A DNA stretch of 64,000 nt from Octopus sinensis (GCF_006345805.1 NC_042999.1:8060001-8124000); one strand, 5' to 3'. Shown: positions 12,523 through 25,665, counted from the stretch's first letter. Translations and numbers: made by a program. Notes: generated from the sequence alone by a model not told the origin.

Positions 12523-12940
12523 AAGGCACAGGCATGACTGCGTGGTAAGAAATTCGCTTCTCAACCAGATGGTTCCGGGTTCATTCCCACTGCATGGCAC
12601 CTTGTGTAAGTGTCTTCTGCTATACCCTCGGCTGACCAAAGCCTTGTGAGTGGATTTGGTAGATGGAAACTGAAAGAAACCCGTCGCGTATATATATATA
12701 TATATATATATCTGTGTGCGTCTTTGTGTCTTCGATCCCCCTCCCCCACCGTTTGAAAACCTGTCTTGGTGTGTTTACGTCTCCGCAACTTAGCGATTTG
12801 GCAAAAATACTGATAGAATAAGTACCAAACTTTACAAAAATATAATTAGTACTGGAGTCGATTCGTTCGACTAAAATTCTTGAAGGCGGTGCTCCAGCAT
12901 GGCCGGAGTTTCATGATTAAAACTAGTAAAAGATTAAAGA
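12523..12940 (+). mobile_element. SINE group B, full length
   Basis: Head, CCTTGTGTAAGTGTCTTCT, GGATTTGGTAGATGGAAACTGAAAGAA, (TA)n, tail. Confidence 0.9.
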
Positions 12941-13798
12941 TTCTCGACATTCGCCCAGTTTTGGGACGATTTCTTTTGCGTTAAGAGGTTGAGAGTAATA
13001 TATTCCATTGTATAGAATTTCAGTCCACCGCAGATAAAATTCCGCCACTCTTTACCAATGGGTAGATAAACTATAATATGTAGAATAAGAAATATTGATT
13101 AAAGACACAATGGAATTGCCACAGTAGACTTAGACACAGTAAACACGAGTTGGTATTCCATTGTGATCTCCGCATAACCATTCTGACTCATTGTATAAAA
13201 ATGGTAATATCTGAACTTAGCTGAAGTATTGTACAGCAGTAAATTATAGTATAAAGATGCTGCAAACAAATTAACTGACCTGCTGTATAGCAATAAGATT
13301 TATGCCAGTATGAACATGTTTTAAAAGTTTAGCCTTGCACAGCAGCAAGATAAATGCGATAAAGTTAGTGACTTGGCTTTAAATCAAATTCAATTATTGA
13401 ACGACTTTTTCACATAACTTGGTTGGTGATATTGTGTAATTTGCGCAATTACCCACAATGGTTGCAGCTGAACGATTTTCTCCACAGACAGGCTGTGTAT
13501 AAAATTGGACATCAAATATGTTTCTCTTAACTTTATTATCAGCATAAACTGAAATTTGCGAAATTTGGTGCACAGAACGAAAAAAAAATTAGCATAAAGA
13601 ATATAGCCAGTTCGATGACCGCTGCTAATAATTAACTGGATGATAAACAGGGACGTTATGATCTTGAATCATATCGGGATAATTAAGTAGCAATTGACTG
13701 CGGCAATAATGTGTCAGATTGCGGGGCGAAAAATAGAAGCTTCGTGTTCTCTCGCAGTTGCTGTAATTGGTGGGTGACAATGGTATTTCACTGTTCTT

Positions 13799-14040
13799 AA
13801 GGCGGCGAGGAGCTGGCAGAAACGTTAGCACGCCGGGCGAAATGCTTACCAGTATTTCGTCTGCCGTTACGTTCTGAGTTCAAATTCCACCGAGGTCGAC
13901 TTTGCCTTTCATCCTTTCGGGGTCGATTAAATAAGTACCAGTTACGCACTGAGGTCGATGTAATCGACTTAATCCGTTTGTCCTGTCCTGTCCTTGTTTG
14001 TCCCCTCTATGTTTAGCCCCTTGTGGGTAGTAAAGAAATA
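13799..14040 (+). mobile_element. SINE group A, full length with target-site duplication
   Basis: Flanking direct repeat GGTATTTCACTGTT at 13782-13795 and 14041-14054. The central GCCTTTCATCCTTTCGGGGTCGAT..AGTACCAG resembles the Meta-SINE domain (from recall). Confidence 0.92.
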
Positions 14041-14094
14041 GGTATTTCACTGTTTTTGGTTCAGTCCGATTCACAATCGACAAAAATCTGTTTC

Positions 14095-14288
14095 AAAATT
14101 TGGCACAAGAACAGCGATTTGGGGTAATGGGTGAATATGTGGACTGCAGTGCCCAACTGATGCTATTTTATCGACCCCGAAAGGCAAAATCGACAACAGC
14201 AGAATTTGAACTGAGGACGTAGAGGCAGACGAAATGCTTCTATGCATTTTGTTCGACGCGCTCACGATTCTACTAGCTCGTTGCCTTA
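14095..14288 (-). mobile_element. SINE group A, older copy, tail-to-tail with the previous one
   Basis: Reverse complement of the head, B box and core. Confidence 0.75.
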
Positions 14289-14847
14289 GTCGACAAATAT
14301 TAATAGTTACAGCTCGCCAATATAAGGGACAAATTTATTGTTTAATTAGAAAGAATTCAATTAATTTGCGGTTTGGATATCAACTTCTAGAGACCAATGC
14401 GAGAATCTAAACGTGGTTGCATTCTCGAAGTCGCTGCCAAATCTACTTCAATTTAAACTTTATTGAATTGAAAAGAGAACGCAGTAGGATTATAGTAATT
14501 CTAGGCGAATAAGACGAGATGCTTACGGTTAGATTGCCGTTGATCATAAGTCTACTCGATCAAACCTGACTTCAGGCTAAACGACCTTTGTAGCTCTGGA
14601 TTAGACTTTATGAAACCGTTTAGGTTTTCTCTTAAGAAACCCAGGATCAACAGAATATCATCTCCACATTTGCTACAAAACAATTAGACCAAAAAGAAAT
14701 TTGTGCCCCAGCATGGCCACAGCTCGTGAGCTGAAACTAGACGAAATAAAAAAAATAATAAAATGGTTGTACTTAGGAGCTTACATCAGTTGAGGAAAAT
14801 AATAGGTCTCTCTTTATTTGCTAAATATTCTTTCTAATTATGGTACA

Positions 14848-15190
14848 AAGGCGGCGAGCTGGCAGAATTATGAACTCGTCGGAGAAAATGCTACGCAGCA
14901 TTTCTTCCGGCTGTTTTACTTTCTTACGTGAAATTCCATCGAGGTTGGCGTTGCTTTTCAACCTTTCAGGGTCGATATATAAAGTACTCGTTGAGCACTT
15001 GCTTCAATGTAATCGTCAAAACTCTTCCTTGATAAAACTGCTGGCCTGCTGCCAAAATTAGTTCCTTATTTTCAGTACTATGCCAGAAATTTTGGGGGAA
15101 TGGGTGAGTCTATTACATCGCCCCCAGTCGATGATGAGTCGGAATACCACCAGGCATTTTGTCCGACGCACTAAGAATTATGCCAGCTGG
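14848..15190. mobile_element. Degraded SINE group A copies (14848-15062 plus; ~15065-15190 minus)
   Basis: AAGGCGGCGAGCTGGCAGAA head and a degraded core. Confidence 0.7.
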
Positions 15191-15619
15191 ATGTTTTCTT
15201 TAGTATATGATTAGTTAGAAAATTAAAGCTGTATTTTAATTTTAAGTGTATGCTGTAACCGTTTCATATTATATTGGTTGTAATAGAGGAAAAAGGAAGA
15301 GGAAAGGAGAATCCGTTAAGAGGAGAATTAATTAAAAATTATGACAGAAGTGCCATTCTTCTGTTTAGTATAGCATGACATTGTTTTAAGGATTTATTGC
15401 GGGTTCCCAGTTCTAGCTGTAGTCCACTAGATTTTAATTAAAAGTTTCAAGAAGGGAAGGTGTTAGCAACCAGCTACGGTCTGAAAATGACAATTGCATT
15501 ATAAATATAACTGATGACTTAAAAGGTCGATATACGGATGTTGCCTACATTGACACGGTCTGACCTTTCATTGGTTTCGTAATGATATGGAGAGGTCTCA
15601 TGACAATAACATACATTCG

Positions 15620-15825
15620 TATTATCATTTCAAATTCTGGCAAAAGGTCAGCAGTTTTAGCGGTTGGAGTTAATCGATTACACAGACCCCGCAACAAGTA
15701 CTTTATCGATAACGGAAGGCAAAATTGACCTGGGCGAGATTTGAACTCAGAATGTAAGGTTTCGAAAAACATACCACTAAGTATTTTTTTGGACTCACTA
15801 GCATTTCTGCCAGCTCACTGCCTTA
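15620..15825 (-). mobile_element. Degraded SINE group A
   Basis: TTTGAACTCAGAATGTAA and TCTGCCAGCTCACTGCC. Confidence 0.7.
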
Positions 15826-15994
15826 TATATTCACATAATAATATGGGAGAGTTACCTCAATGTGATGACTCCTTGACTCTACATAATATGTTCCCTTGCT
15901 TAATAGCATCGTTTTCTGTATATTGTGGAAACTTGAATCTGTTATAAAAATTACCAAATCTATCGATATCATTATCGATAAAATAAGTACCAGT

Positions 15995-16678
15995 TGAGTA
16001 TTGGCATAGCTTCCAGTGTATATAGGTCCCAACTCTGTCGTGTCTGTGAATATATTCCTTCTTAACCAGGACTGGGCAGCTAGAGATAATATGATTTATT
16101 GTTTCTTGTCCATCTCCACATATTCTGCAGTTACTTGTTATATTTCTTTTCATTACATGTTTTTGGTAATTTCTGGTGGGGAGGCTTTGGTCTTGTGCTG
16201 CAATTAAAAATCCCTATGTCTCTGCTTTGAGTCCTGAGCTTCTCAACCATTGCTGGGATTTTTCTTTGTCTATTTCTTTTGCATTTAGTTTAGTCCAGTA
16301 TTTGCCGTGAAGGGGTTTTTCTTGCCATCGTTTTATCATGGTTCTTTGCTGTTCTATTTTTAGTTTGGATTTCATTTGTTTTACAGCTTTTCTTGTTTCT
16401 TCTTTTTCTTCATAGTCGTTCGGTACTATGACTTCTTTTTTGTATTTGTCAACTTCCTTAAAGACGGAAAACAGTTTTTTTCTTTTGTTCGTGTTTTGTG
16501 GGTATTTGTATTAGTTTTCTGAAGTAGGTATTTTTGCAGTCTTTGTAGTTGTTTTGTAATAGTTTTCCAGCTGTATAAGGCCTCTACCACCTTCGATACG
16601 TTCTATATATAGCCTTTCTATGACAGATTTTGGGTAGTACAATCTAAATCCTGTCATTATTTTTCTTGTTTTCCACTC

Positions 16679-16680
<2 letters not shown>
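15995..16680 (-). mobile_element. R4/Dong-like (RLE) non-LTR retrotransposon fragment next to (TAA)n
   Basis: KTRKIM..PKS.IERLY..R.EGGRGL, K.ET.GFLIAAQDQ, and CCHC finger CRIC..ETINHIISSC..YIHRHDRV. The 5' edge abuts (ATT)n at 16680-16713. Confidence 0.9.
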
Positions 16681-16713
<33 letters not shown>

Positions 16714-16899
16714 GTATAAGGGATAATTCTGTTTGCAATCTTCACATTCTGGCTATCTCTCTTCCCAGGTCTTAAAATTTAGGTAATGTCTTAATTTCCT
16801 TAAGAGATTTATTATTGTCTGGTTAGACTAACCCCCACCCACCACCATCACCGCCGCCACCACATCAGGTGGGTCTGTCTTTGCTACTTGGTCTTGATA

Positions 16900-18700
16900 A
16901 CTCTACCCAGATCATTATATATAATCTCCTTGTCTTTCAGGACCAACACATCCCAGAGTATGGTCGCTTTGTCAGTCACCGACACCTTGTCCGATGTATG
17001 CAGCATAATTTCCACTTTGAAAGCCTTAACTTTGTCACTTTTGTATATGTATTCTCACCTGGCTTTGACGAGACAGCAACAATACTCTTAATCGTTTGGG
17101 TGGTGTATTCTAAATGCAATCATTATCGCTGCTTTCCATTTACTTTGGTTATTAATTCTTATTCTTGTTGACAACATTTATAACTAGAACTTCTTACTTG
17201 AAAAACTGAAATAGTGATTCTTATTAATACAGTTTTTATTTAGCGCTTTACATATTAATCTAATGTGTCTATGATATACATTCCTAACCTTTTCATACAT
17301 TTGTGCTTACGTGCTTGTCTGCGAATGTGTGGTACTTCTTATCTTGCTTGTTAATTCCTAGTCTTTGAAAGTCTGTGTTTGGAATAATCTTCTTATGAGT
17401 GTATATTTATCTAAGACGGCATTAATGCTTTTAATAAATCTTCTCTTCAAAGTTGTCATGAAGCATTTTTGCAACTCAAGTCTCGTTTCACTTACTCGAA
17501 TAAATCCGTGTATTGTCTGCAGCGGTGTCTTTCTTTTCAATGACATATTGCTGCCTTTTGGAATAGGTTAGCAGGGGTTCTTGTCTGCGATTTAAAAGTA
17601 TCTGCCATTTTCATTATTCGATCTGTCTACTGAAATCGACATGCCCTATACTATGATAATTTTATCTTGCTTTTTGAGTATTCTCTGCTGTATATATGAA
17701 GTCTTTTAATTCTGTTCTGCAGGTTGTTGTTTAATCCCGTGTCACAGATATATTCTATTTTTTTTCTGATTTGTCCTGGTTTTCCATAATATTCATGAAG
17801 GAGATTTTCTTCCGAACATTTTATTTAACATAACATTTTAAATTTAGATTTTTATCATTAATGTTTCCAGACACCTGCTTACTACTTCAGCTTGAGTTTT
17901 CTAGGTATTACCGTCTTACCGTCCCTGAAGGCATTCTTATTTATTTTATAAACGTTATGTGTCACTTTACACAAGTGATATTGATGTCAATATGTTCGGT
18001 GTCTACGACAACCCAATTTTGGTTTATTTGTATGTTTTTGTTATTCTATCATTAACTTCTATCTTCGGGTTGGTAATTCTTTTGTCCTAAGGGACATGTA
18101 TCGATTTTAATTCTTTAATTAGATTATTGCTTATTCACAATTTCCAACATCAATAATTTTCTACCTTTACATCTTTCACATATACTGTTTCGCTCATATT
18201 TTCTTTGGTTTAAGCAGTATTTGGTCGATAATTTGTAAAGATTCTGGAGTTAAATGCTTCTTATTTTCAGTTGTTTGTTTTGCTTCTGCCAACTTCCTGT
18301 TTGTCATTCATGTTCTCCATATTTTTCATTTTAACATTTTTATATTTATTTTCGTTGTTTGTATTTTTTATTGTTTCTTTCCCTTTATTGTTTGTATACA
18401 CATTATGTGTCTTTACTTTTTGAATTTGTATTTCTGTTTGATATCATTTTAGATCTAAGAATCTATTTTCTTAAAAGCCTCTTGAGATACAAGGTTATTT
18501 CTGGCGCACGGCTATTTTCTCTCCGGATATTTTGAATATTTATTATGATAGGTTCTGTAAAATATATTTTTATAAGACGGATATACATTCCTTTCGAGCC
18601 ATATAAATTTTAAACTTTTATTTGTAGTCCTTCAACAGTAAATTCTGCTCGTTTATTTGATTTACCATTATATTTATTGTCGTTTGCTTCTGTTCGTGGT
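16900..18700 (-). mobile_element. Probable N-terminal portion of an R4/Dong-like ORF, heavily decayed
   Basis: A-rich minus strand with K/N/T-rich peptide remnants (NIQNIRRENSR, RFIKSINAVLDK), upstream of and in the same orientation as the previous fragment. Confidence 0.4.
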
Positions 18701-20349
18701 GGCAAAGCATTTACCGTGCCCTACTCTCCGTATTTGTCATGTACTCATTTCAAAGTACGAATTACAGTTTACGAATGAACCCAGACATACCGTATTGCTT
18801 CTAATCTTTGCTATAGTTTTGCTTTGAGATGAATTGGTTTGAAGCAAGTGCTGTTGTTGTTGTTGTTGTTAAGCAACAAGACGGGTAAGGGTGATTAGGT
18901 GATGGTCTAGGGTTTAGGGGCGGGAGATCCCAGACCTTGGAAAAAAAAACTTTGGTCGTCTTGTTGTAGTCGAGGGCTCTTCGTTGACGCCCTCGAAGTC
19001 GCTGGAAAGGAGATCTCCAGATCCAAATTCTTGAACCGTTGATGCTAGTGCTGGTTGCCTTTTTGCTCTGTAAATGTGCTTCCGCGAATTTGTAAGCCAA
19101 TGGTTGGATTGTACCGTAACAAGACGCAACTTACTGCATTTATATAAGCACAATGCCATCGCATGTGTATGGTGATAATGACTTGAATACTGAAATAAGT
19201 AAAACTCAGTGTGTGGGCGAGGAGGAACTGTATTTCTATGAAGTCTATTAAATCTGCACACTTTACAAGGTTTTGATCGCTCGGTTTGTGATGTTTAGTA
19301 TTAACATATATATGGCATTATTTTAAACTTGCTTTAGTCTTGTTTCCCCGTATTGATTATTAAAAGTCGACTAAGAATAATTATGCAGAATAAATACATC
19401 GCCTCAGAACAATGATAAACGATCACAGAAAAAAAAAGGTATGTTTGAAATAAAATTTCAGTAAAGTTTAAAATAAATAAATATATAATGTTTTTTAAAT
19501 ATTATTGAACTATCAGAGAATTCAGGCAGCAGGCTATCGATAATATAAAACAAAAATTATCGATGCTGGTTGGCCAAATAATATTTTTGAAAATTTTATC
19601 GTCATCTATTATGAGACTCGACAACTTTGATCGTTCGTTCTAATATCAATGCATTGTATGCATTATACATGCATAAATATATTATATTAATGCAAAATGC
19701 AATTAAATTTTATGATATAAGTTTATGTATTACATTTACGGTTATCCGTCTATTTTACGTCGTTTCTCTTTGTTTGTGTTTTGCTTCCATTATCATTTCA
19801 CCGATGTTCTTGGTTACTTTTAACGCTGCACAAAACTGATGTCTGTTGATCTTTCACTCAGTGTTGTCTTCCGTACTATTTTCCTATGACCGAATTACAA
19901 CTGCTTTTTTTGCTTCTTATAGACGAGACACATCCTTTGGTTAGGCAAGACTTTTTTTTTCTTAATCAACATTGCACGCAAACTTTGTGATGCGACATCT
20001 GTAAAGAATAACGAGCGCCGCACAAATGTAGACTGGCATCGCTTGACAGGGTTTTTTTTTTTAGCATTTCATTTACTGAGTTAGTTGCAAGTTCGGTTCA
20101 AGCACTGACGCCAGAAGATTACAAGACAATTGCAGTTGGATTCTTCAGTGTTGTAATCCAGTGCATGGGGAAAGATGATCTGGGAGAAGATTTAGATGTT
20201 TGCATTCAATAAATCGATTTTTCTGAAGAACGTGCATGTGAAATATTCAAATTATTTTCTCAATCATTGCCTGCTAGTGGTGTGTCGTAACGGAGAGAGG
20301 AAAGGAGCATTCAAGATGGACTGCACAATTATTATAGAAAGTGCCATAA

Positions 20350-20350
20350 T

Positions 20351-20399
<49 letters not shown>

Positions 20400-20701
20400 C
20401 ATACATATGTATATTAACTAACTCATATATATTAAATGATATACTATGTATATATATATATATATACATACATACACACACATACATACATACATACATA
20501 CATACATACATAGACACACACACACACACACACACAACACACACACACACATATATATATACATACATATGTATATTAACTAACTCATATATATTAAATG
20601 ATATACTATGTATATATATATATATATACATACATACACACACATACATACATACATACATACATACATACATAGACACACACACACAACACACACACAC
20701 A

Positions 20702-20783
<82 letters not shown>

Positions 20784-20790
20784 ATATATA
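20350..20790. repeat. Compound (CA)/(TA)/(CATA) microsatellite with a 162-bp internal tandem duplication
   Basis: Unique core ATTAACTAACTCATATATATTAAATGATATACTATG at 20413 and 20575. Confidence 0.9.
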
Positions 20791-20949
20791 TAAAACACGC
20801 CTTATTGATTTCTTGATTTCTAAAAATCAAAGCCCTGATCGTGCAAATATTTAAAGAAATGAGATTTCTGTTTATTCCTCAACTAGAATTTGATAATCAT
20901 GGCTCTGACAGGATTCTCTTACAGTTTTATTTTAAACTTTTAATTATTC

Positions 20950-21600
20950 TGTCAGCAAGTTTCTTCAATAACACCGATTCTGATTTGCACAATCCTTTCT
21001 GAATTTCCTTAGAAAAGATTTCTCTCTTTCGAAGTTTCTTGAATTATATTGGCTTTAATGATCTGCCATCAATTTCCAATAGGATTCTAGTCAAAATCGT
21101 CTCAGTTTTATGATCTTGATAAAACTATTGATTAACAGGGTAGAATTGGTCAGTTATATTGCAAGTTTGGATTAAATAAACTGTTCTATAAATGGAAAAC
21201 GGAACTGTAAAATTTCCACTGTGATATACCGCACAATAAATGGTACTTTGATGACAAGGAATGGTTGATCCAATATCTTGACTGGCCGAATACTTCGACA
21301 ACGTTATGCCGCTATCTCCAAATCTCCTTAACGGTTTCAAGTATTCTCCCTTCATTATTTCTCTGAATCGTCACAGACATCTATGATGGCCATTTGAGAA
21401 GAGAAAAATCTTGATTATTACGCGTAACCAACATTTACAAAGAAATTGGGTTCTTTTCTTTGTACATTTCAGGAAATTGCTTTCATCAACAATGCTTATT
21501 TTTTCGAGAGCAGGTACTCTCGTACACAATATCTGCTGCAAATTCTCTATTCTTCCAAGAATTTTCGAATTATATGTGTGGCTACATTGCTTTTATCGCT
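20950..21600 (-). pseudogene. Ancient Tc1-like transposase remnant
   Basis: KISIVDESNF (cf. IFSDESKF) near 21490 and NPIGN*WQIIK (cf. NPIENLW..IK) near 21070, in the correct order. Confidence 0.4.
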
Positions 21601-21879
21601 AGCAGTGAAATACTTCAATAAAGACATGAAGTCCGGCTGCTTATCTCTAATGTTTAATTTTGTCAGCTTTCATTTATCGCCTAAATATAGAACTATTTTC
21701 TGTCAGATTTTAAAAACTTTACACCATCTTTCTTTCTTTATTTTCGTGGATTATTCAGTTCGGATAACCGTAGTCTCGGATTCGATGCGTCAGATTAATT
21801 CGTTCCGTTTCTCTACAACATGAGTTCAAATTTTGCCAGACTCTGCTTTGCTTTTACAGTTCTACAAAAACGCCAATAT

Positions 21880-22073
21880 TTCGGGGGGTGGGGGTGTAAG
21901 TTGCTTAAATTACATCGACCCCCAGTGTTCAACTGGTATTTATTTTATTGATAAACCCGAAAGGATAAAAGGTGAAGTCGACCTCGGCGAGATTTGAACT
22001 CGGATCGTAAAGACGGACGAAATGTCGCTAAGCATTTTGGTCTGTTTGCTAACGATTCAGCAAGCTCGCCGTT
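21880..22073 (-). mobile_element. SINE group A
   Basis: AAGTCGACCTCGGCGAGATTTGAACTC..GCTAACGATTC..AGCTCGCCG. Confidence 0.85.
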
Positions 22074-22683
22074 GAAAAAAATGTTGCCAATATTAGTAAC
22101 ACATATATGAAGGTCACTTCAAGCGATTAAGCCCTTATCACACTAAAACCCTGTGTGCGTAAGTGTGAGTGTGGATGGTCCTGTTTCATTGGGAAGCATT
22201 AATATTTATATTATTGTGAGTCGCAGTAATTATTTACATATGAGAACAAAGAAAGAGAGTGACTGAAAGAAAGAGTAGAGCACCGCACTGAATGTTTTAC
22301 AGTATTTGATTTCACCTCACTCTACATCCTGGGTTGAATCTTCTTAATTTTTTTTTTGTATTTCGACACGCAATAAAATAAACAAAAGACGAATAAATAC
22401 CAGATATATCGGAGATTATTCGATCGCCTATTTTCTGTCATAACAAATTTAAGGTTATTTCGTTTTTGGATTTGGTTTGCAAGATTCTTTATATGAGTTC
22501 GTGTGTTGAAGCATATTCTGTTGTGTCTGGGGAGAGTCATTTTCTTTTTGTACCTTATAATGTAACACACCCACCGGTAAAATCTAAGGTTCTTTCGAAA
22601 TATAAGAAACCATTATAATTTGAAATTAGAATCACCGGTGAAAGCCGAAATATAGCTAATAATTTGTGTTTTCTGTTTTGTAG

Positions 22684-23410
22684 GTTCACCATGGAAAATA
22701 CAAAGAGCATACCAGTGAGGTTAATGCACATCACAGAAAAATTCATCCTAGCCATAGGTGGATGAATCTGGAGACTGCTGATTTCTTGCCAGAAAAAGGT
22801 CAAGATGAAAACTGGAAAAAACAGGATTCTCTAAGTGACAACTTTTATAACTGGGAAGACAATGGCATTTGGGAAAGTCAGTCTGATGTTTTGAGTAAAG
22901 GCAAGTTGAAAAAACTTCATAACTTGCATAAATTTAAAACAACTGCCAAGTCTGGAACACAGCCTGAAAGTAGCACTACCACTGGAATCAAGACAACAAC
23001 GACTAGCTTCTCGGAACCAAGCAAGAAGGATAATTTCTTGAAATATGAAGAATCTGATAATCTTAAACAATCAACTGATGGACACAAGAAACGTCTGTCG
23101 TACTCAGAGGAGGAGCCGATGGGAATTAACAACGGGTTCTTTGAAGACACCATTGAAAATACAGGTCAAATCTTTGTCGGAGATGTTAAAAAGACAACTG
23201 GATCAGGTAAAAAAGTCGAAATTGAATACAAAACGAAAGTTACTGCATCAGTTGAGCCTCAGCGTGCAGTGCCAAAGCCGGCCAACTTGGTTCACCCTGG
23301 GTTTACAACAAAAAAAGATACCGTTACTATCAAAACACTAAAAAAATTGCCGAACACTAAGAGAGTAACTCCAGCGGTTCCAGCAGCACAGCTTGCGAAG
23401 AAACACCATG
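22684..23410 (+). CDS. Internal exon of an unidentified host gene; low-complexity K/T/S/E-rich, probably disordered or mucin-like segment
   Basis: Acceptor TTTTCTGTTTTGTAG at 22683 and donor G|GTAAGT at 23411. The 727-nt frame is open (VHHGKYKEH..MNLETAD..QLAKKHH, phase 0 to phase 1), non-repetitive and has no TE motifs. Confidence 0.8.
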
Positions 23411-23928
23411 GTAAGTTCCTTATTTTAGCTTTAATCGAAAGAAAAAAAAAACATTTTTTTTTACTCCTTATATCTCTATATCCTTTCACATATCTTTTAT
23501 CTCTTTTCCTGATTTTAATCATCGGATTGAAGTCATGCTGGAGCACCGTCCTCATCCATATCAAACTTTCTACGTACTGCTATCTAATGTGTATTTTATC
23601 GATCTCTGTTTATCGAACTGCTCAGTTACTGAAATTTAGAAATAAATATGACAGTTGAGAAAAGTAGTACACGTATGAAAAAAATAATTAAAATGGAGCG
23701 GGGGGGGGATACAATGAAAGAACAAGAAGAAGCGGAATGAAAGGAACAAGGAAAAAAGAATAAAGAGACACGTAATGAGAGAAAGAAAGAAGGGACGATT
23801 AAAAGTACGATACTTCGTGTTATGTATTGAGTGCTTTGTCAATGCTAAGTTTTAAAGTCACTTGGGAATATATTTATAAGACAGAGGAAGTGTATGACAA
23901 CAAAATATATTGGGTTTATGGCATGCCA

Positions 23929-24160
23929 AGACGGCGAGCTGGCAGAAACGTTAGCACGCCGGGCGAAATGCGTAGCCGTATTTCGTCTGTAGTTACGTTC
24001 TGAGTTCAAATTCCGCCGAGGTCGACTTTGCCTTTCATCCTTTCGGGGTCGATTAAATAAGTACCAGTTACGCACTGGGGTCGATATAATCGACTTATTC
24101 CGTGTGTCTGTCTTTGTTTGTCCCCTCTGTGTTTAACCCCTTGTGGGCAGTAAAGAAATA
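23929..24160 (+). mobile_element. SINE group A, full length
   Basis: Near-consensus copy with an imperfect flanking repeat GG(C/T)ATGCCAA. Confidence 0.92.
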
Positions 24161-24384
24161 GGTATGCCAAAACGACTGGCAATCATCGAACAACTCTATC
24201 CAGCCACTCATCCATCGTCTCTGGTCACTATTTCTAGGAGGGACGTAGTGTTCAGGCACTTCCTTCATAAGAGATTCTTTATACTTTAAATGGTGTTCTC
24301 AAAATTGCTTCAATTATGACATGAAAAATACCTAAATTGCTCAAACTTTTTAATTCGCAAATTTGAATATTGTAAACGAGAGGT

Positions 24385-24705
24385 ACTTCGTCTGTTACCA
24401 GGGCAACGGTTCCACTTGGTCCAATCAAAGGAACAGCCTGATCGTAACATTAACGTGCAAGTGGCTGAGCACTCCACGGACCCGCGTACCCTTAAAGTAG
24501 TTCTCAGGGAGTTTCAGCTTGACGCAGAATGGGACAAGGCTGACCCATTTGAAATACAGGTAGGACCCATTTTTGCCAGCTGAGTGCACTGGAGCAACTT
24601 GGAATAAAGTGTCTTGCTCAAAGGCACAATGCACCGCCGGGGATTGAACTTACGACCTTACGATCGGGAGCTGAATACCGTAACCACTAAACCAGGTGCC
24701 TTCAC
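24385..24705 (-). mobile_element. SINE group C (head H1 + tail T1)
   Basis: tRNA-like head, TTGAGCAAGACACTTT..CAGCTGGCAAAAATG and the T1 tail (GAGAACTAC..AAGGGTAC..GTGCTCAGCCACTTGCACGTTAA). Confidence 0.85.
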
Positions 24706-24836
24706 CCTTTGAATATCTCAACCCACTGCTAAATAGTTATTATTCACTTTGCAGAATTATGCTGCAGATAGTTACATGAATCGGTATGCACCGAACACAT
24801 GTACAACTGTGTGTGCATGTGTGTGTGAAGCAGAGA

Positions 24837-24885
<49 letters not shown>

Positions 24886-25367
24886 AGCGGTAAGTTCAAA
24901 CGTGGATGTTGAGTATTGTTCCGTTGAACAGAGTGACTAACCACCAGAAGAAAATTGGTACATGCCTAAGGCCTGATGTACACAGGCTGGACAACAGAAT
25001 ACAAAACATACAGATTTGTGTGTGTATGCGTATGTGTGTATGTGTGTGTATGTATGTGCGTGTGAGCGTGCGTGTCATAGGTGATGACTTCAAGTTGTTT
25101 TCCTGTAATAATTGAAGTTTGCGCTGTAAGTTTAATATTTCCATTAAAGAGTCTAGTTTGAGGATCAGGTTTCGGATTCAAATATATAAAATTGTGTTCC
25201 ATGAGAAAAAGTAATAAAATTACTGTAAGCAGATGAATGTGAGCGTTCAATGTTTATCTGAGAAATAGTGTATATGGATGTATTTATGTGAATACATTGG
25301 CATAAACTTATGTGTTTGTGTGTTAATTTCAGTAACAACGCGAATCCTAATAGCATAACATTTTCTA

Positions 25368-25369
<2 letters not shown>

Positions 25370-25398
<29 letters not shown>

Positions 25399-25572
25399 TG
25401 TATGTATGTATGTGTGTGTATGTATGTATGTATGTATGTATGTATGTATGTATGTATGTATGTATGTATGTATATGTGCAGATTTGTATGTTTTGTTTTA
25501 TGTATGTATTCTCATGCATATACTTACATGCTTATATATACATGTATGTATGTATGTATCTATCTATCTAAA

Positions 25573-25665
<93 letters not shown>
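25370..25665. repeat. (TATG)n/(CT)n/(TA)n compound tract containing a ~60-bp minus-strand piece of the CATA-associated R4-like 3' UTR
   Basis: TGTGCAGATTTGTATGTTTTGTTTTATGTATGTATTCTCATGCATATA at ~25475-25522 matches 36313-36360 in reverse. Confidence 0.85.

Noticed and set aside
16640-16690. Two different R4-like families both truncated near the KTRK motif (here and at 35159)
   Set aside because: Only two cases from different families; chance cannot be excluded.
23411-23658. Hydrophobic C-terminus of the 298-aa ORF, resembling a transmembrane segment
   Set aside because: Lies after a consensus GTAAGT donor in T-rich intron sequence and a degraded SINE B tail.
24755-24783. Candidate small exon after TTCACTTTGCAG
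   Set aside because: The donor is weak, and in the phase left by the upstream exon it stops after five codons; unsupported.
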